This document shows, piece after piece, positions 12,577 to 24,615 of a stretch of DNA of 64,000 nt. A model generated the notes under the pieces. The model made no database searches and was not told the origin of the DNA. It saw nothing but the letters and a program-made list of their open reading frames with translations. This DNA is from Lophium mytilinum (Eukaryota), in the NCBI GenBank assembly GCA_010093605.1, contig MU004189.1, positions 62,001-126,000 on the forward strand, read 5' to 3'. The position numbers and the translations under genes were made by a program. How positions within the stretch are numbered: position 1 is the stretch's first letter; each line of letters begins with the position of its first letter.

Positions 12577-14322
12577 ATGATATATACCAAGCTTCATACG
12601 GGGCCCTGAAATCCGCCTCCTACGACTACTGCCCGGACAGGGCCCAATTTGCTGCACACTCACCCACGCTGCACTTTCCAACAACCTGCGGTACGAAGCC
12701 CTCTCATACTGTTGGGGAGATAGTAGCACCAAACTCTCCATCAGCTGCAATGGGGAACGGCTGCTGGTTGGAGAGAGCCTCTACTCGGCCTTGGACCACT
12801 TGCGGGATTCACTGCAAAAACCCACGTTATGGATCGATGCCATCTGTATCAACCAGACAGATATCGGCGAACGGAATAGTCAAGTTACCCTAATGCGCAG
12901 AATCTACAGTTCTTGCCAACGAGCTGTGGTGTGGCTCGGTCCGGCCGACACGCAGACCGAGCTAGCATTCTCGCTCCTGACAAGCTTCGCACGGGATTTC
13001 GACGCTCGGGCAAAGGAAGGGCAGTGGCATCGGCCAGGGAGCATAACCAATCCCGATCTCTCCAACCAGCAAAGTCAATCGCTAGCCTCCATGTTCAGCC
13101 GACCATAGTTTCGCCGGGTCTGGGTGATTCAGGAGATCTCTGTATGCCCCGATGCATTGGTAGTATGTGGCACCTCCACAATCAGTTGGGAGGATTTGGA
13201 CAAAGCGCAGGAGAAAGTGGAGATGTCCTTTGATGACCACTTCGAGCGTCTGTTTTACGCGCGCAGAAATACTCGCAGACAGCGAGCGCGAGATCTATTA
13301 TCTCTAGTAGCTATGCATCGTGGGGCTGCTGCAACGGATCCAAGAGACAAGATCTTCGCATTACATGGCCTGGCAAGTCCCGGGCAAACGCATGGAATCG
13401 GGCCAGACCATTTTTTTAGCAAGAAGCAGATTTTCCTCAATTTCACTCGTAGAATGCTTGAAAGGGGCGAAAACTTCGATATCCTCTCTCTAGCACAAGG
13501 CTGCCGAGACTGCTCTTTACCGTCATGGGTACTTGACGCGCAGCCTGATCCATCATCTTCTATTGACGCCAAACAATCATTCGCGTGGTCGGCCGACATG
13601 CTGCCCAGCCTTGGACATCCTAGATTCAAAGCCAGTAACTCCTCTCTTAGCCGACCGATATTTTCCAACAACGAAACAGAGCTCGGCATATTGGGGATGG
13701 AACTAGATGTTGTTGTCCGCGTCGCAACACATCCTGGCCATCGAGTCTTTCCTGGAAGTCAGCTACTTCTGTAGTCCAAGACATGCAATGCTACAATAAC
13801 TGGCAGTTAATCTGTCAAGCTCGTTCAGACAAACGCTATGCGTGGACTGGAGAAACAACTCGCGACATGTTCTGGAAGATGAGTGCCGCGGTGGACGGTC
13901 ACTGGATGGATGCGTCCCATTTTCAGCGCTTCGACAATCGACTGTGGTGCTTAGCAGCGATTACAAGACTGGGTCTCGGCGGCGTATCTTGGATCTATTA
14001 TATTACGTTTGGGCTGTTGCTACTTGAGCTACTCATGTTGTGGTCCATTGGTAGGCTAAACTGGGATGACTTCGAGTGGCAGTATTACAGGCAAGCGTGC
14101 CACAATCGAAGAATCATCAAGACTAGCAGGGAGTACTTTGGCTCAGTGCCTGCCGATACTCGTAGGGGCGATGTCGTTGCTCCTTTCGCAGGTTCAAGAG
14201 TGCCGCTGATTATCAGGCCGACAGGTCAGCGGTGGCGGCTGGTTGGAGAGTGTTACATTCATGGTGCTATGGATGGCGAGGCTTTCGACGAAGGAGGGTG
14301 TAAGCGTATGTGGATAGAATGA
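12577..14322 (+). pseudogene. HET-domain (HET-6-like heterokaryon incompatibility) gene, disrupted
   Basis: Motifs EIRLLRL, YEALSYCWG, LWIDAICINQ..ERNSQV.LMRRIY, ATDPRDKIFAL, LPSWV and GD..A...G...P.I.RP....RLVGECYIHGAMDGE. Lesions: in-frame TAG at 13106-13108 replacing the Trp of RPWFRRVWVIQE, a frameshift near 12600 and a frame change near 13730-13780. Confidence 0.85.
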
Positions 14323-14931
14323 TGATGCTATTTAGCTTTATCCACCAAAGTGTGAGTTGGAGGCTTCGAACTACCAACCTGAGCCATGTGGGTACAAACT
14401 CGACGCGTTGCCAGGAAGTTGTCTGCCAACGAGCTCGCTCTCTAAAGTCTGGAAGCCTGAACGTTTGGACTCACGCGAGAGAAAATGATTCCTATTCACT
14501 CTTTCCAAGACTAAGTGTAAAGTTCCCGATTCTAGAATTTTACGCGAAAGATTCCAGTTAAGCACCCCCAAACCTCAAGCAATCATTCCTGTCTCTAGAG
14601 TTCTCCTCTACGCTGAAGACTAGGTTTTCATATGGTTTTGAGGACGTAGAAATGCGCTTAATAGAATTATACCATATAGATACACTTGATCTTGAGGCAG
14701 TAAGGCGTGTGGTAACGGAAGCCAGCCCGTGCGATCTAAAGTCGAATTGGGTACATTATTGTCGAGGGCCCTGGATTAGGCCACAGGAAGAAGAGGGGAA
14801 AGCTGGAGGTCTTCTCCTCCCATCTCATCGCCCTCTTGCATGAGCGCAGTTGCCATCACTATTCAACATCCTAACATCCTAAACAAAGAGAAACACCGCA
14901 TTTCCATTAAAGTATCAACCTAAAAGCTCTA

Positions 14932-17553
14932 CTACCCCCAAACTCCCACCACCACAACCACCACCACCTCAATCACCACCCCCAACCCTGGCCCTACCCT
15001 CCCCACCGCAAGGCCCGAGCTCGTACTCGCCGGAGCTTCAGGCGTTCCGCTCCCTAGAAATCCGCTTGGTAGGGTTATGCTCGCACTGGCTCCGTTCCCA
15101 GTGGCTGGAGTAGTCGAATTGCTTAGCGCGTTCGTTGACTTTGAGAACGAGGCGGACGTGAGGGGGATTAGGACGATGGTGCCTGAGGTGTGGATGGCGG
15201 TGAAGATTTGCGTGCCGACTGTGTAGAGGCGGCCTGTTCCTGTGGCGGGGAGGACGAGGGTGGAGCCATCGAGTACGGTGGTGAGGGATCCTGGAGTCGG
15301 AGCAGGGATGACGACGGTTGAGCCGTCGATTACAGTTGTGAGGGGTCCTGAGGGTGGGAGGACGACTGTAGAGCCGTCGATCACGGTCGTGAAAGGGCCA
15401 GAGGGCCGTAGGACAACTGTAGAGCCACCGACCACCGTCGTGAGATCTCCAGGCGCTGAGAAGACGACCGTCTGTCCCTCTATTATGGTGGTTAAAGGTC
15501 CGGAGGGTGGTAGGACGACGGTGGATCCACCGACCACCGTCGTGAGATCTCCAGGCACAGAGAAGACGACCGTCTCCCCCCCGATTATGGTCGTTAAGGG
15601 TCTGCTAGCTGGAAGCACGATCGTCGAACCATCGATTACGCTCGTTAAAGGCCCCGGCGCCGAGAGCACGACTGTCGACCCGTCCACGACAGTCGTCGAT
15701 GGCCCAGCTGCTGAAAGTACTATCGTCTGTCCCCCAACGACCGTCGTCACTCCTCCCCCGACCCCTGAAGCTACAACCGTACTTCCATCTACAACAATGC
15801 CTCCGGAACTAGCTATACTAACCACATGTCCTGATACCGTTGCTAAGGGGTCGCCAGGCTTGAGCGTTAGAGAACCTAGCACGACCTCAGTGGCAGAAGG
15901 CGGGTCCGCGGCTGTGATGATCGTATTTCCAAGAGTCAGGACGACGGCTGGGCTTGGCGTTCGAATAGGGGCTGCAGTAGAGCCGATGTTGTGACAAGAG
16001 CTGCCACCGCCGAATGCGAGGCAGATGAGCTCGCCTATATTCGCGGTGGAGGAAGACGGCGCTGGTGATGGGGTTGCGGGATCGTTAGGAATAGGGGTAC
16101 TCGTAGGGTCAACCGGGTTGAAGGGGTTGCTTGGATCACTTGGATCGGTGGGGTCGAGTACAATGGCTGTCGATGTCGCGATACCTACCACCGATGTGGG
16201 AGAAGGAGGCACAGGCTGTACCTGCGTCTGGCTCTGAGGATCCCCCGGATCCACTACCGTACTCTGCACCGGCGCCGCCGGATCCACCGTACTCTGCACT
16301 GGCACCGGGTCCCTCGTCCTGGTAGCCACCGGCACACTCACACCCTGAGTCGGACTCGGGTTCTGCGTCTGCACCTCCGCAGCACTCGTCACCACCCCAC
16401 TGCTGCTACTACTCGGCCCAAACCCGTTCACCCCATGCACCGCCACGGGGGGATCAAAGATGCCAAAATGCGCCGCCGTGCATCCCGCCCACTCAGGCCT
16501 TAAACCTGTCACGCTCCTCGGCATCAGGATAAACGGATGGTACCACTGCTCATAGATTGTCTCGTTGCACCACGTCGGGAAGTTGAAGCACTCCCCCATA
16601 TTCGTGTACGCATCCCGACTCACATGCCCCGGCGCGAGGTCTGCAAAGTTGAAGCTCGCCTCGATGACGCCGTGCTGCGCGCGCCCGCTGGACAGCGCGC
16701 CGGGCGGCATGGTGAGCACGGTGCCGGGGTAAGTGCGGGTGGTGCAGTAATCGTAGGAGAAGATGGTGTCGACAAAGATGTAGGCGGTTGGGGAGGTGAG
16801 GGTGACACCGGAGAGGACGGCGGTGACGAGAGCGGTTACGTTGGAGGCGAGAGTGACCCCCGGGGCGTTACAGTCGGTGGTGGCGGTGCTGTTGGAGGGG
16901 CCTTGGGTGGTGGTCACCGGCCAGTATGCAAGGTGGGCATTGCGGCCGAAGATCTGGCAAGGCCCGCAGATGCCCGCTGGGGAGCTGCAGGTGGGGGGCG
17001 TGGGAGAGGCGATGCCGGAGCCGTTGTAGACGGTGATGGAGCGGAGGTATTCGTCTTGGGCGAGGCTCCTCTGTGAGGCACCGTACTCTTCCCATAGCGT
17101 GGAGCATGCGGAGGGGTTCAAGGAACAACTCGGCGGCGGCATGGTGAAAGTTGGCCATATTGTTGTCGTGTTTGGGGCTGTGGTCTCCCATGTGGTGTTC
17201 GTGTAGAATGAAGGGGTACCGTGGGCTCGCGGTTCACCATCACAGAGCGTGGTGTAGATTTCGTCAGTTTGGGTGGATGCCCATGAGGTGCGTTCGCTTG
17301 AGAAGGCGGCGTCGTGGACGACCGAGGTCGCGTGTAGGGTCATGTAGTTGTCGCGAGAGGACTGGTAGTCGAGCCATGATTTGTAGCAGTTTGAAGCATT
17401 AGACGCGGTTGAGGTTGTGGTAGCTAGACTTGCGGCGAGCACTGCATTCGAAGAATTGAACCCGGCGGATGGGACTGCACCTGTAGAGCCCAACAAAACG
17501 CATAGCGAAAGAAGACTAAACCGCCATTGCACATAGTAAAGAAATTCTGACAT
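14932..17553 (-). CDS. Secreted, probably GPI-anchored Ser/Thr/Pro-rich cell-surface protein with 17-aa tandem repeats
   Basis: 873-aa ORF with an N-terminal hydrophobic signal, a Cys-containing N-terminal domain, a P/S/T-rich linker, TTVVGGSTVVLPPSGPL-type repeats, and a C-terminal SSG followed by a hydrophobic tail. Confidence 0.8.
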   Translation of the reverse strand: MSEFLYYVQWRFSLLSLCVLLGSTGAVPSAGFNSSNAVLAASLATTTSTASNASNCYKSWLDYQSSRDNYMTLHATSVVHDAAFSSERTSWASTQTDEIYTTLCDGEPRAHGTPSFYTNTTWETTAPNTTTIWPTFTMPPPSCSLNPSACSTLWEEYGASQRSLAQDEYLRSITVYNGSGIASPTPPTCSSPAGICGPCQIFGRNAHLAYWPVTTTQGPSNSTATTDCNAPGVTLASNVTALVTAVLSGVTLTSPTAYIFVDTIFSYDYCTTRTYPGTVLTMPPGALSSGRAQHGVIEASFNFADLAPGHVSRDAYTNMGECFNFPTWCNETIYEQWYHPFILMPRSVTGLRPEWAGCTAAHFGIFDPPVAVHGVNGFGPSSSSSGVVTSAAEVQTQNPSPTQGVSVPVATRTRDPVPVQSTVDPAAPVQSTVVDPGDPQSQTQVQPVPPSPTSVVGIATSTAIVLDPTDPSDPSNPFNPVDPTSTPIPNDPATPSPAPSSSTANIGELICLAFGGGSSCHNIGSTAAPIRTPSPAVVLTLGNTIITAADPPSATEVVLGSLTLKPGDPLATVSGHVVSIASSGGIVVDGSTVVASGVGGGVTTVVGGQTIVLSAAGPSTTVVDGSTVVLSAPGPLTSVIDGSTIVLPASRPLTTIIGGETVVFSVPGDLTTVVGGSTVVLPPSGPLTTIIEGQTVVFSAPGDLTTVVGGSTVVLRPSGPFTTVIDGSTVVLPPSGPLTTVIDGSTVVIPAPTPGSLTTVLDGSTLVLPATGTGRLYTVGTQIFTAIHTSGTIVLIPLTSASFSKSTNALSNSTTPATGNGASASITLPSGFLGSGTPEAPASTSSGLAVGRVGPGLGVVIEVVVVVVVGVWG
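15250..15760 (-). repeat. Coding minisatellite, ~51-bp (17-aa) units
   Basis: About 9-10 imperfect units. The block ccaccgaccaccgtcgtgagatctccaggc recurs at 15425 and 15527 (102 bp apart, i.e. 2 units). Confidence 0.8.
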
Positions 17554-18837
17554 TATGAGATTTGGAGAAAGAAATTCCGTTCTTGAAATGACTGTTGCGC
17601 GTCGGCACTCAGTGAAGGAAACAAGAGGAATCCTACCGGGGCGTTGACCCCATTTTGCCCAACCCCCCTCGATGTCCTAGCGCGGCATCGGGAGATATAA
17701 CACCAGGATTATCATCCATTGGTAGATTATCCAGGTACGGGGGGCCACGGAGGGGCTCTACGAGTGGCGTAGGCATGGGATTCCGCCCCATGTACTTTGA
17801 CTATATGCGCCTGTAGGTAAAACCGCTTACTGAGACCCTTGCGAACGATCCCGGCATATGCTTGTTAAGGCGCTGTGTGCGAGACGAATTGCTGGCAATC
17901 ATGTTGGCTAGAACCAAGAACGACGCCTCTTGTTGATAGGGGTTCCTTCTTTTTTGCGTGGCTTGTGGGTGGCCAACACAAGTCGAAGGAATTTTCTGAG
18001 AGGCGTGGCTGTAAAGCACTTAGTAGTAGTTGTTAGCTGCTGTAAACTTCTATTACGGAAGAAAAGTTAAAGAGATGATATCGATGCACTTCTCCAGTCG
18101 TACTAAACGAACAGTGAAGGAAGGATGATTGGTGCAAATTCGTAATGAGCAAGGGAGCAGCTGGGGAAGACCCGGATTGATGATTCGAGGATTCATAGAT
18201 CACGTGAGCAAAAATCGCTTACTACGCTAGCGCCTTAGCGCAATTCAAAATCTGACTTCAAACAATCGAATTCGAACCGCTCTATCTGCTCTCCAAAACC
18301 GCAAATGCAGATGTGCGCTTCAGCCACTACAAGATTACAGTACAGCTCTCACAAACGAAAACCGCGCAATGCTCATCTCGGGGATATCAACCACCATCTA
18401 GCAGAATTTGCAGGCAAGGACAAGACGACGTATGAAAGAGACGCACATGCAAAAGTTCGACATCCACAATTCCATGCGCCTTGCTTGCAATGTCCAGAAA
18501 AAGCAAAAGAAAATGCGGGTCCGAGCGTGACGTAGGAAAGAGGTATCTTAGATTCCACTTTGGAACAAAACAATGCAGGAAGGGTGTTCCATGTGAAAAC
18601 CATCCTTTCGTTAGGACGCTCAGGAGACGATATGCTAGGGAGGAGGATTGCCTGTTCCTCTTCTTACCCAGCGGGCACTACGGGAAGGAGTCCCAGTGGC
18701 CGTTCAGAATACAATACAACACAATGCAACACGTGCTCGTTCATTCCCCGTTCCAAAATTACCCTTCGTCCCGTCACACGTGACACATATTCTGCGTCTC
18801 ATGTGCATGATACAGTCCTCAAATACTCCCAAACTCA

Positions 18838-21800
18838 TCACACAAGCACCCACTCACTCCCCCGCTTGATAAACTTATCCAGCATCATCGTAACGTCCGT
18901 AAGTACAAAGCGGCAGATATAGAATCCGAAAAACTCAGCCGCATGCCTTGTGCTGAGTTCGAGTCCAACGTGGGTAGAGGACGAATGCCGGAGGCCGGGG
19001 TCTTCGACTTGGCGGGCGATTTGATCTTTCGAACTAAGTCAGCAACATTCCAAATAGACGGCTTTGTCAGTGGTTCAAACATACCCAGTATTTGCACTGC
19101 ATCAAACAACTTCGCCAAGCTCTGCATATATCCCGCATTCGGCCCATCAAACACCACGCTCGCCACATCCCTTTTCGCAAAGCGGATATTCGGCAATGTT
19201 GTCATCGGCAGCGTCGGCATTGTCAAGCTATCCTTCGGCACCTCTCCTCCGGCACCTTTCCCCGTGGCCATGCTGCTCAAGCCCACGGCCGAGTTCTTCG
19301 ATCGCAACTTCCGCCATGACGAGAGGTACGATTTGCTCTGCGCCACCGCGCTCTTGGGGATAGTCTCATTGGAATTGTGGCTGCCTTGCGCACCAGACTG
19401 GCCATCCGCATTTGCAGCGCCGTTGCCGACCATAGTTGCGTCCTTGAAGAGGGACGAGATGCCGTTGACGCCGACTTCGGTGCCAAGTTTCTTGGCGAGT
19501 TGGGCTTGCACCTGATCCATGATGCTTTCAAAGGTGTTCATTTCTTCGTAAACGGCGTCGGCGTCTAGCGTGTCGACTTCGCAGAGGCGTTGTAGAGCGG
19601 CGGTTAGTAGGTCGCAATTTGCCATTTTCTCCTCGAGGTTCTTGAGCTTAACGCCTTTGACGCGCCAGACGTCGCGAGGGATGAACAGCTTAGTGGAGAT
19701 GTAGCCTCCGCGCGGGTGGGCGATGGTCTGGTAGAAGCATCGCATGAGCCAGAAGGGACGAAGGAGGTAAGAGTCGGGGCACGGTTCTAGAGGGATGGGT
19801 GCGTTGACAGCCATGGTGTTGGGAGAACCCGGGCTGTAGGGTGAGTGAATATCGCTTTCGAACAGATGCATTCCCCCTGTAGGCAGTCCATCTGTTACGT
19901 TGAATGTTGGCACGCTTGGTGTGGGTAAATTTTGCGCTCCATTGCTTTGTTTTCGAGTGGTGAATGAGAAGGTGGTGCTAAGAGGTGTGCCAACAGATCC
20001 ATCGGAGCCATCGGGACTGGACATAGAAAGCGTGCGGGCTTTGAGGCTTAATGAGGACTTGTTCTTCCTGATCCCGGCAGCTGGAGGTTTACTGGCGTAT
20101 TTGGGAGAAGAGGGAACCAGCGTACTGTCGTTGGATATTACTTGTGTTAATAGAGGGGTCGCTGGTGATACTGTAAAGGAGTCCGCGGGACTGGGAATGG
20201 GCGGTATTGGGGATGGTGCGGAGAGGCCTGAGGTTTGTGACACGGATGCTGGTAAACCGGGGACCTTGAAAGTAGTATCCGCCAAGGTCTGGCTGCCGAT
20301 AAGAGCAGCTCCAGCAGATTTGGGTATCGGGGGGATTTCGGGTCGAGTCTCCTTGTCAGTAACTACAGAAGGTACCTCTGTCTGCGGAGGTGGAGGCACT
20401 GGTGGTAGTGACGTCTCAATCTTCAGCTGCTTCGCGTTTTGTCCAGATAGTCGTCGATTTCGCACGCTAGAAGCTATATTTCCACTCATGCTAGGGGGCC
20501 TAGCAAATGACGCGTCGGCGACAGTTTGTGTTTTAGATGATGATGAGTCCGAGATCGCAGGCAGTGCCCCGGTTGGAGGAGGTACGGGAGGGGGCAAGTG
20601 GCTGGGCGGTTTTACTGAGAATCTAGCTGGATGGTTTACCTCCGCAACCGTGGACAGTGACGTGCCAGCAGTCGTCCGGTTAGAAGACATCGAGCTATTC
20701 CAAGTGCCATTTGAGAAGCCGCTAGAGTCGGATTGTCGGGGTAGGGAGGACTTGGTTTGCAGGTCAAAATCAAACCCATCCAGCATGTACTCCTTGGTCA
20801 TTTCGTCCAGCATTCGCTCCTCTTCCTCAGCCTCATCGCCCTGGAAATTGAACTCGGCGCTTTCCCGCACGTGCGGTAATCCTTCGCTCCGGAGCTGTGT
20901 TTCCCGATATCGATATCGTGCTGCTGATATGGCCTCTTCCCTCTCCACTTCCCGAACACGCTCTTTTGCTAATTCGACGTTTCGAAGTCTGGTGGCGATA
21001 TCCATCTGTAAGGGCTGCTCAACCTCATCGTCCTCGTCCTCATACGGTTCAAGGCCATCATCGTAAGCAGCCTCTACAGCCGCATCCAACGCGGCATCGA
21101 ACTCGGCCTCTGTATCGCCACTCCCGGTTCTTATATGTTTCCGGCGTAATCCAGCGCCTGGAGATAGTGAATGAACGGACGAGGAACATGAAGACCCACC
21201 AGACTCGTCGATAGTATCAAGCCAAGACATCGACTCGCTACTCGCAGCCCGGGTGTGGTTCGGCGCGGGGTGGCGCTCCGGCTGCAGCAGCGTCTGCTGT
21301 TGGTTGGGCTCGTCGAGCACTTCTTTCCTAGCCTGAGGGTTCGGTGAGGATGGCCTTCTAGGTGACAGAGGTGGAGGCATATAACTTCGATCCATAGGAG
21401 ATTCCAGTGCTGAATTCCGCTCGAGATTTTGACCTAGCTTGCCCGGAGGAGGCTGTAATAAGAACCTAGACGACGGTATTGTGCTTTCTACTTCGCGGAT
21501 AGCAGAGGTGAATACGGACTCCCTCAGTCCCGGCGCTTGCCGTAACGGTAGGCCCGGAGACTGATTTTGCGGCTTCGGTTCCGGTTCAACGGTTATCGAC
21601 TTGTCGTTTAGTATTCTCGTCATGGTAGCGGTTTCAATCACGGCCGCGTCGGCGTCATCTTCTTCTGGACCGCTTAGCACTATAGACTGAGATTCTCCAC
21701 TCAGCGACTCGTTACTCATAGGCCGTGCGGGCAGCGACTTTCCAGCAGCGGATTGATATGCGGGGTCCAGACGGCGAAGCTCCTCAATACGGTTCGTATA

Positions 21801-23013
21801 AGTCACGCGCTGTGCCAATGTTAGCGCACCTCGGATTGAGCCGTGGTGAAATTCTTACTATTGCGTCCAACTTCCGCCGGTCCTCTTCCCCTGAGCTCCG
21901 TATCATAACCTGCTGCAGCAGCTTGCACGCATCCCCATACGCCTCCATGGCGCCTTCGAAGTTCTGTGCATTGTCGAGTAGTACTGCAGTGTTGGCCTTC
22001 TGCAGCGCCCTCGAAAGCATGGTCTTCTTGTCCTTCTCCCTCCGCTCGCGGTTGCGCGGAGGGGTGTTGGTAGATCCGTCGTCAAGCCTGCTGCTGGCGT
22101 CGCTCCGACTCCGCGTTCTTTGATGTGAATCGACGTCTCTTGACCCAGCTCGCCTCTCCCGGGGCGCAGTTGATCCTGGTTTTGCCGATTCTCTTGACGA
22201 GGCAGTTGCCGGCCTAATAGTGGTGCTGGCTTTGTATCTCGCCTCGGACTCTAGAACACCCACGGGCGGAGATCCTAGCGACGACTGAACTTGTCGGTTC
22301 CTCGAAGGCGGTCTATTGCTGTTCTGAGGGGGGTTGCGGGGCTTTGTAGTAAAATAGTCGGTAGAAGCGGCGGCGTTATATGTGCTTGGTGTGAACAGGC
22401 CCGAGGTCGAGGGGGTATTTGCAGCGGAGCTGTTCGCAGAGCTGGGGTCGTATACAGTCGGCGGTAGCAATGGCAGTGTTGATATCGGCGGGAGAGTCGT
22501 CACCGTGCGCGAGGGGTCGTGGGCTGGCGAGTGCGGGCGGGAGCGGCGATGCGGGCTCGCAGCAGGCGAGCGGCGCGGGTTCGTGGCAGACTTTCGTGGA
22601 GGCGAGGAGTTGTGCGCCGAGGATCCATGGAGGGAGGTAAAGGAGCGCGAGGGCGAGGCGCTGATGCTCAGGCGGCGCGCGAAGCTGGAGCCCTGGCGCG
22701 AGTCCTTCTCCTTGGCCGACGACTTGCTGCTCGCGGTGCTCTGCGACCAGCGGTTGAGGTTGCCAATGCCCTCGCGGATGGAGCCTATGCTGTCCTGGGC
22801 GACATGGGCGACGCTCTGGCGGCGGGTCGAGGGAGGCGGTGTGGGCTTCGCGGAGGGCGGCGGCGGGTCGTCCCTGAAACTCTTGGAGCGCTTAACGGTG
22901 ACGACGGAGGACGAGGACAACGAGTTCGAGCGCGACTGCTGGCGGCGGTGCTGGTGTTGGGGCAGCGGATCGTGTTGCGGGTCTCTGGTGGTGTTCAGGG
23001 CATTGGTGTACAT
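18838..23013 (-). CDS. MIT-domain-containing protein (large, low-complexity, spliced)
   Basis: MIT helices MLSRALQKANTAVLLDNAQNFEGAMEAYGDACKLLQQVM...DRRKLDAI. Conserved-looking C-terminal block RPFWLMRCFYQTIAHPRGGYISTKLFIPRDVW, and a last exon ending FICRFVLTDVTMMLDKFIKRGSEWVLV*-like. The 5' end is uncertain. Confidence 0.8.
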
Positions 23014-24615
23014 GGTGGTGGTGTCGTCTTGCGGCTAGCGGGTGTCTCAGGGACGCCAAGCACATGTGCATACAGGACCCGACGTTCATGCAATCTGGGA
23101 GGGCGGCATGGCGGCTCCGGGGCTGTTGGAGGGCGCACGCGGTTCGGGAGAGTGGGAGCGTGGGAGGGTGGTTTGGAGGGCTGCGGTGTATCCGTGGCTT
23201 TGGTGGTGGAGAGAAAGGTCGGCTGGCCTCCCTGTCCCTGAGCGAACAGACGACCAAGGGACCGAAATGCTATGCAGGGGTGAAGCCCAAGACCAGGAGA
23301 GCCCCAGCGCGAGCACGGCCCGCAGACACCAGCAGCAACCAGTACGAAGTACATAGGGAAGAGAAGATAGTCCACGGGAACAGTTTCAGCGTTGGGCGCG
23401 AGGGCATCTACAGGTTGGCCAGGCTGCTCTTCTTCATACACACCCGCCCCACACCTCTACACTTCTACAGCTGCACATTCCGCCCCTGAGGAGACAGAGC
23501 CCTGAGAGCCAGCACCCCCGAGTTGAGTCCGCGTTTCGAGCCCGGGGGAGCACGAGAACGAGGCTGCCACCTGCCCCGGGCCTCTCTCACCGCGCACCGA
23601 GCACGGCCACGTACGGGCGCCCGTTGGTGTGCGCAATCGCGGAGGCTGGTCGGGAAGGCCTGGGAAGCCTCGCACAGGCTGCAGCGCGCGCCGATCTATC
23701 GAAAAACGAGATTGGCCGCCGCTGAGGCCGCAGAACGCAATTGCCGGCCGAGGAAGCGCAAAGGTAGCCTCGAGAGCGAAGAGAAGAGAAAGCCATCTAT
23801 GCTGCAGCGACAGCCTCGCCATGCCGCCCAGGAACAGCGCCCACGTTGCGCTGCAGTGCGCGGTGCGATAACTACACGACCACTGGCCGCTGCTCGTGCT
23901 GTCTCAGCTGCTGCGACTCCCGCGTCGCGTTTTGTAGCACCAATCTCACGCGCTCTGCGGCCCTCCCGAGAACACCACCGCAGTTAGAACGCTGTCGATC
24001 TCGTGGGTGAGTGGGAGCCTTCTAGGGTGTGCGTGACCGTGTGCTCAACGGTCGCTCGTCGAAGCGCCCTCCACGGCGTGACAGTTTGTCCATCGCATCG
24101 GGATAATTCAGACATATTGGGGCACTCCAGACAGTGCGCATCCAATGGGTGGACTTGGACAGCCCGGTTCATGATGTGACAACTGATACATCACCTCAGG
24201 GTTCTTCTGCGCGCATGGTAGGATTTCTGACAGTGCCAAACAACTGCGCAAGGTGGTAAGGCGGGTAGTGGCTAAGTATGTATTACGTCAACCAGATAGG
24301 ACGGCCTCTTCTTTTTGATCTCCACCAACACGCGTGGCCACAGCGCTGCGCGTCTGCTTCCATCTATCTAGCCTCATCACATCCATATCGGTGTCGTGCT
24401 AGTGTCGCCCGCCGTCGAATCATCCCGCCCTGTTTCAACGCCAGAATCGAGACGTTTCAACTGGCACCGTTCCTGTCCGCCGTCGTCAGCCGTCAGTCAC
24501 CCCGCGTACAACTCGTGCCTCATCGTCCAAACCCCCCGACACCCTCGTCGCCGCAATTGACTCGCCCAGAACTCCATCGCAATGCTTCCAGGATAGCGCT
24601 GGCTCCGCCGCGCAC

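Noticed and set aside
15242..15994. 250-aa plus-strand repeat ORF
   Set aside because: Antisense shadow of the repeat region of the GPI protein.
19900..21066. 388-aa plus-strand ORF
   Set aside because: Antisense to the MIT-domain gene; no independent motif.
22995..23441. Possible additional 5' exon(s) or uORF of the MIT-domain gene
   Set aside because: Splice sites are ambiguous; cannot be resolved without transcripts.
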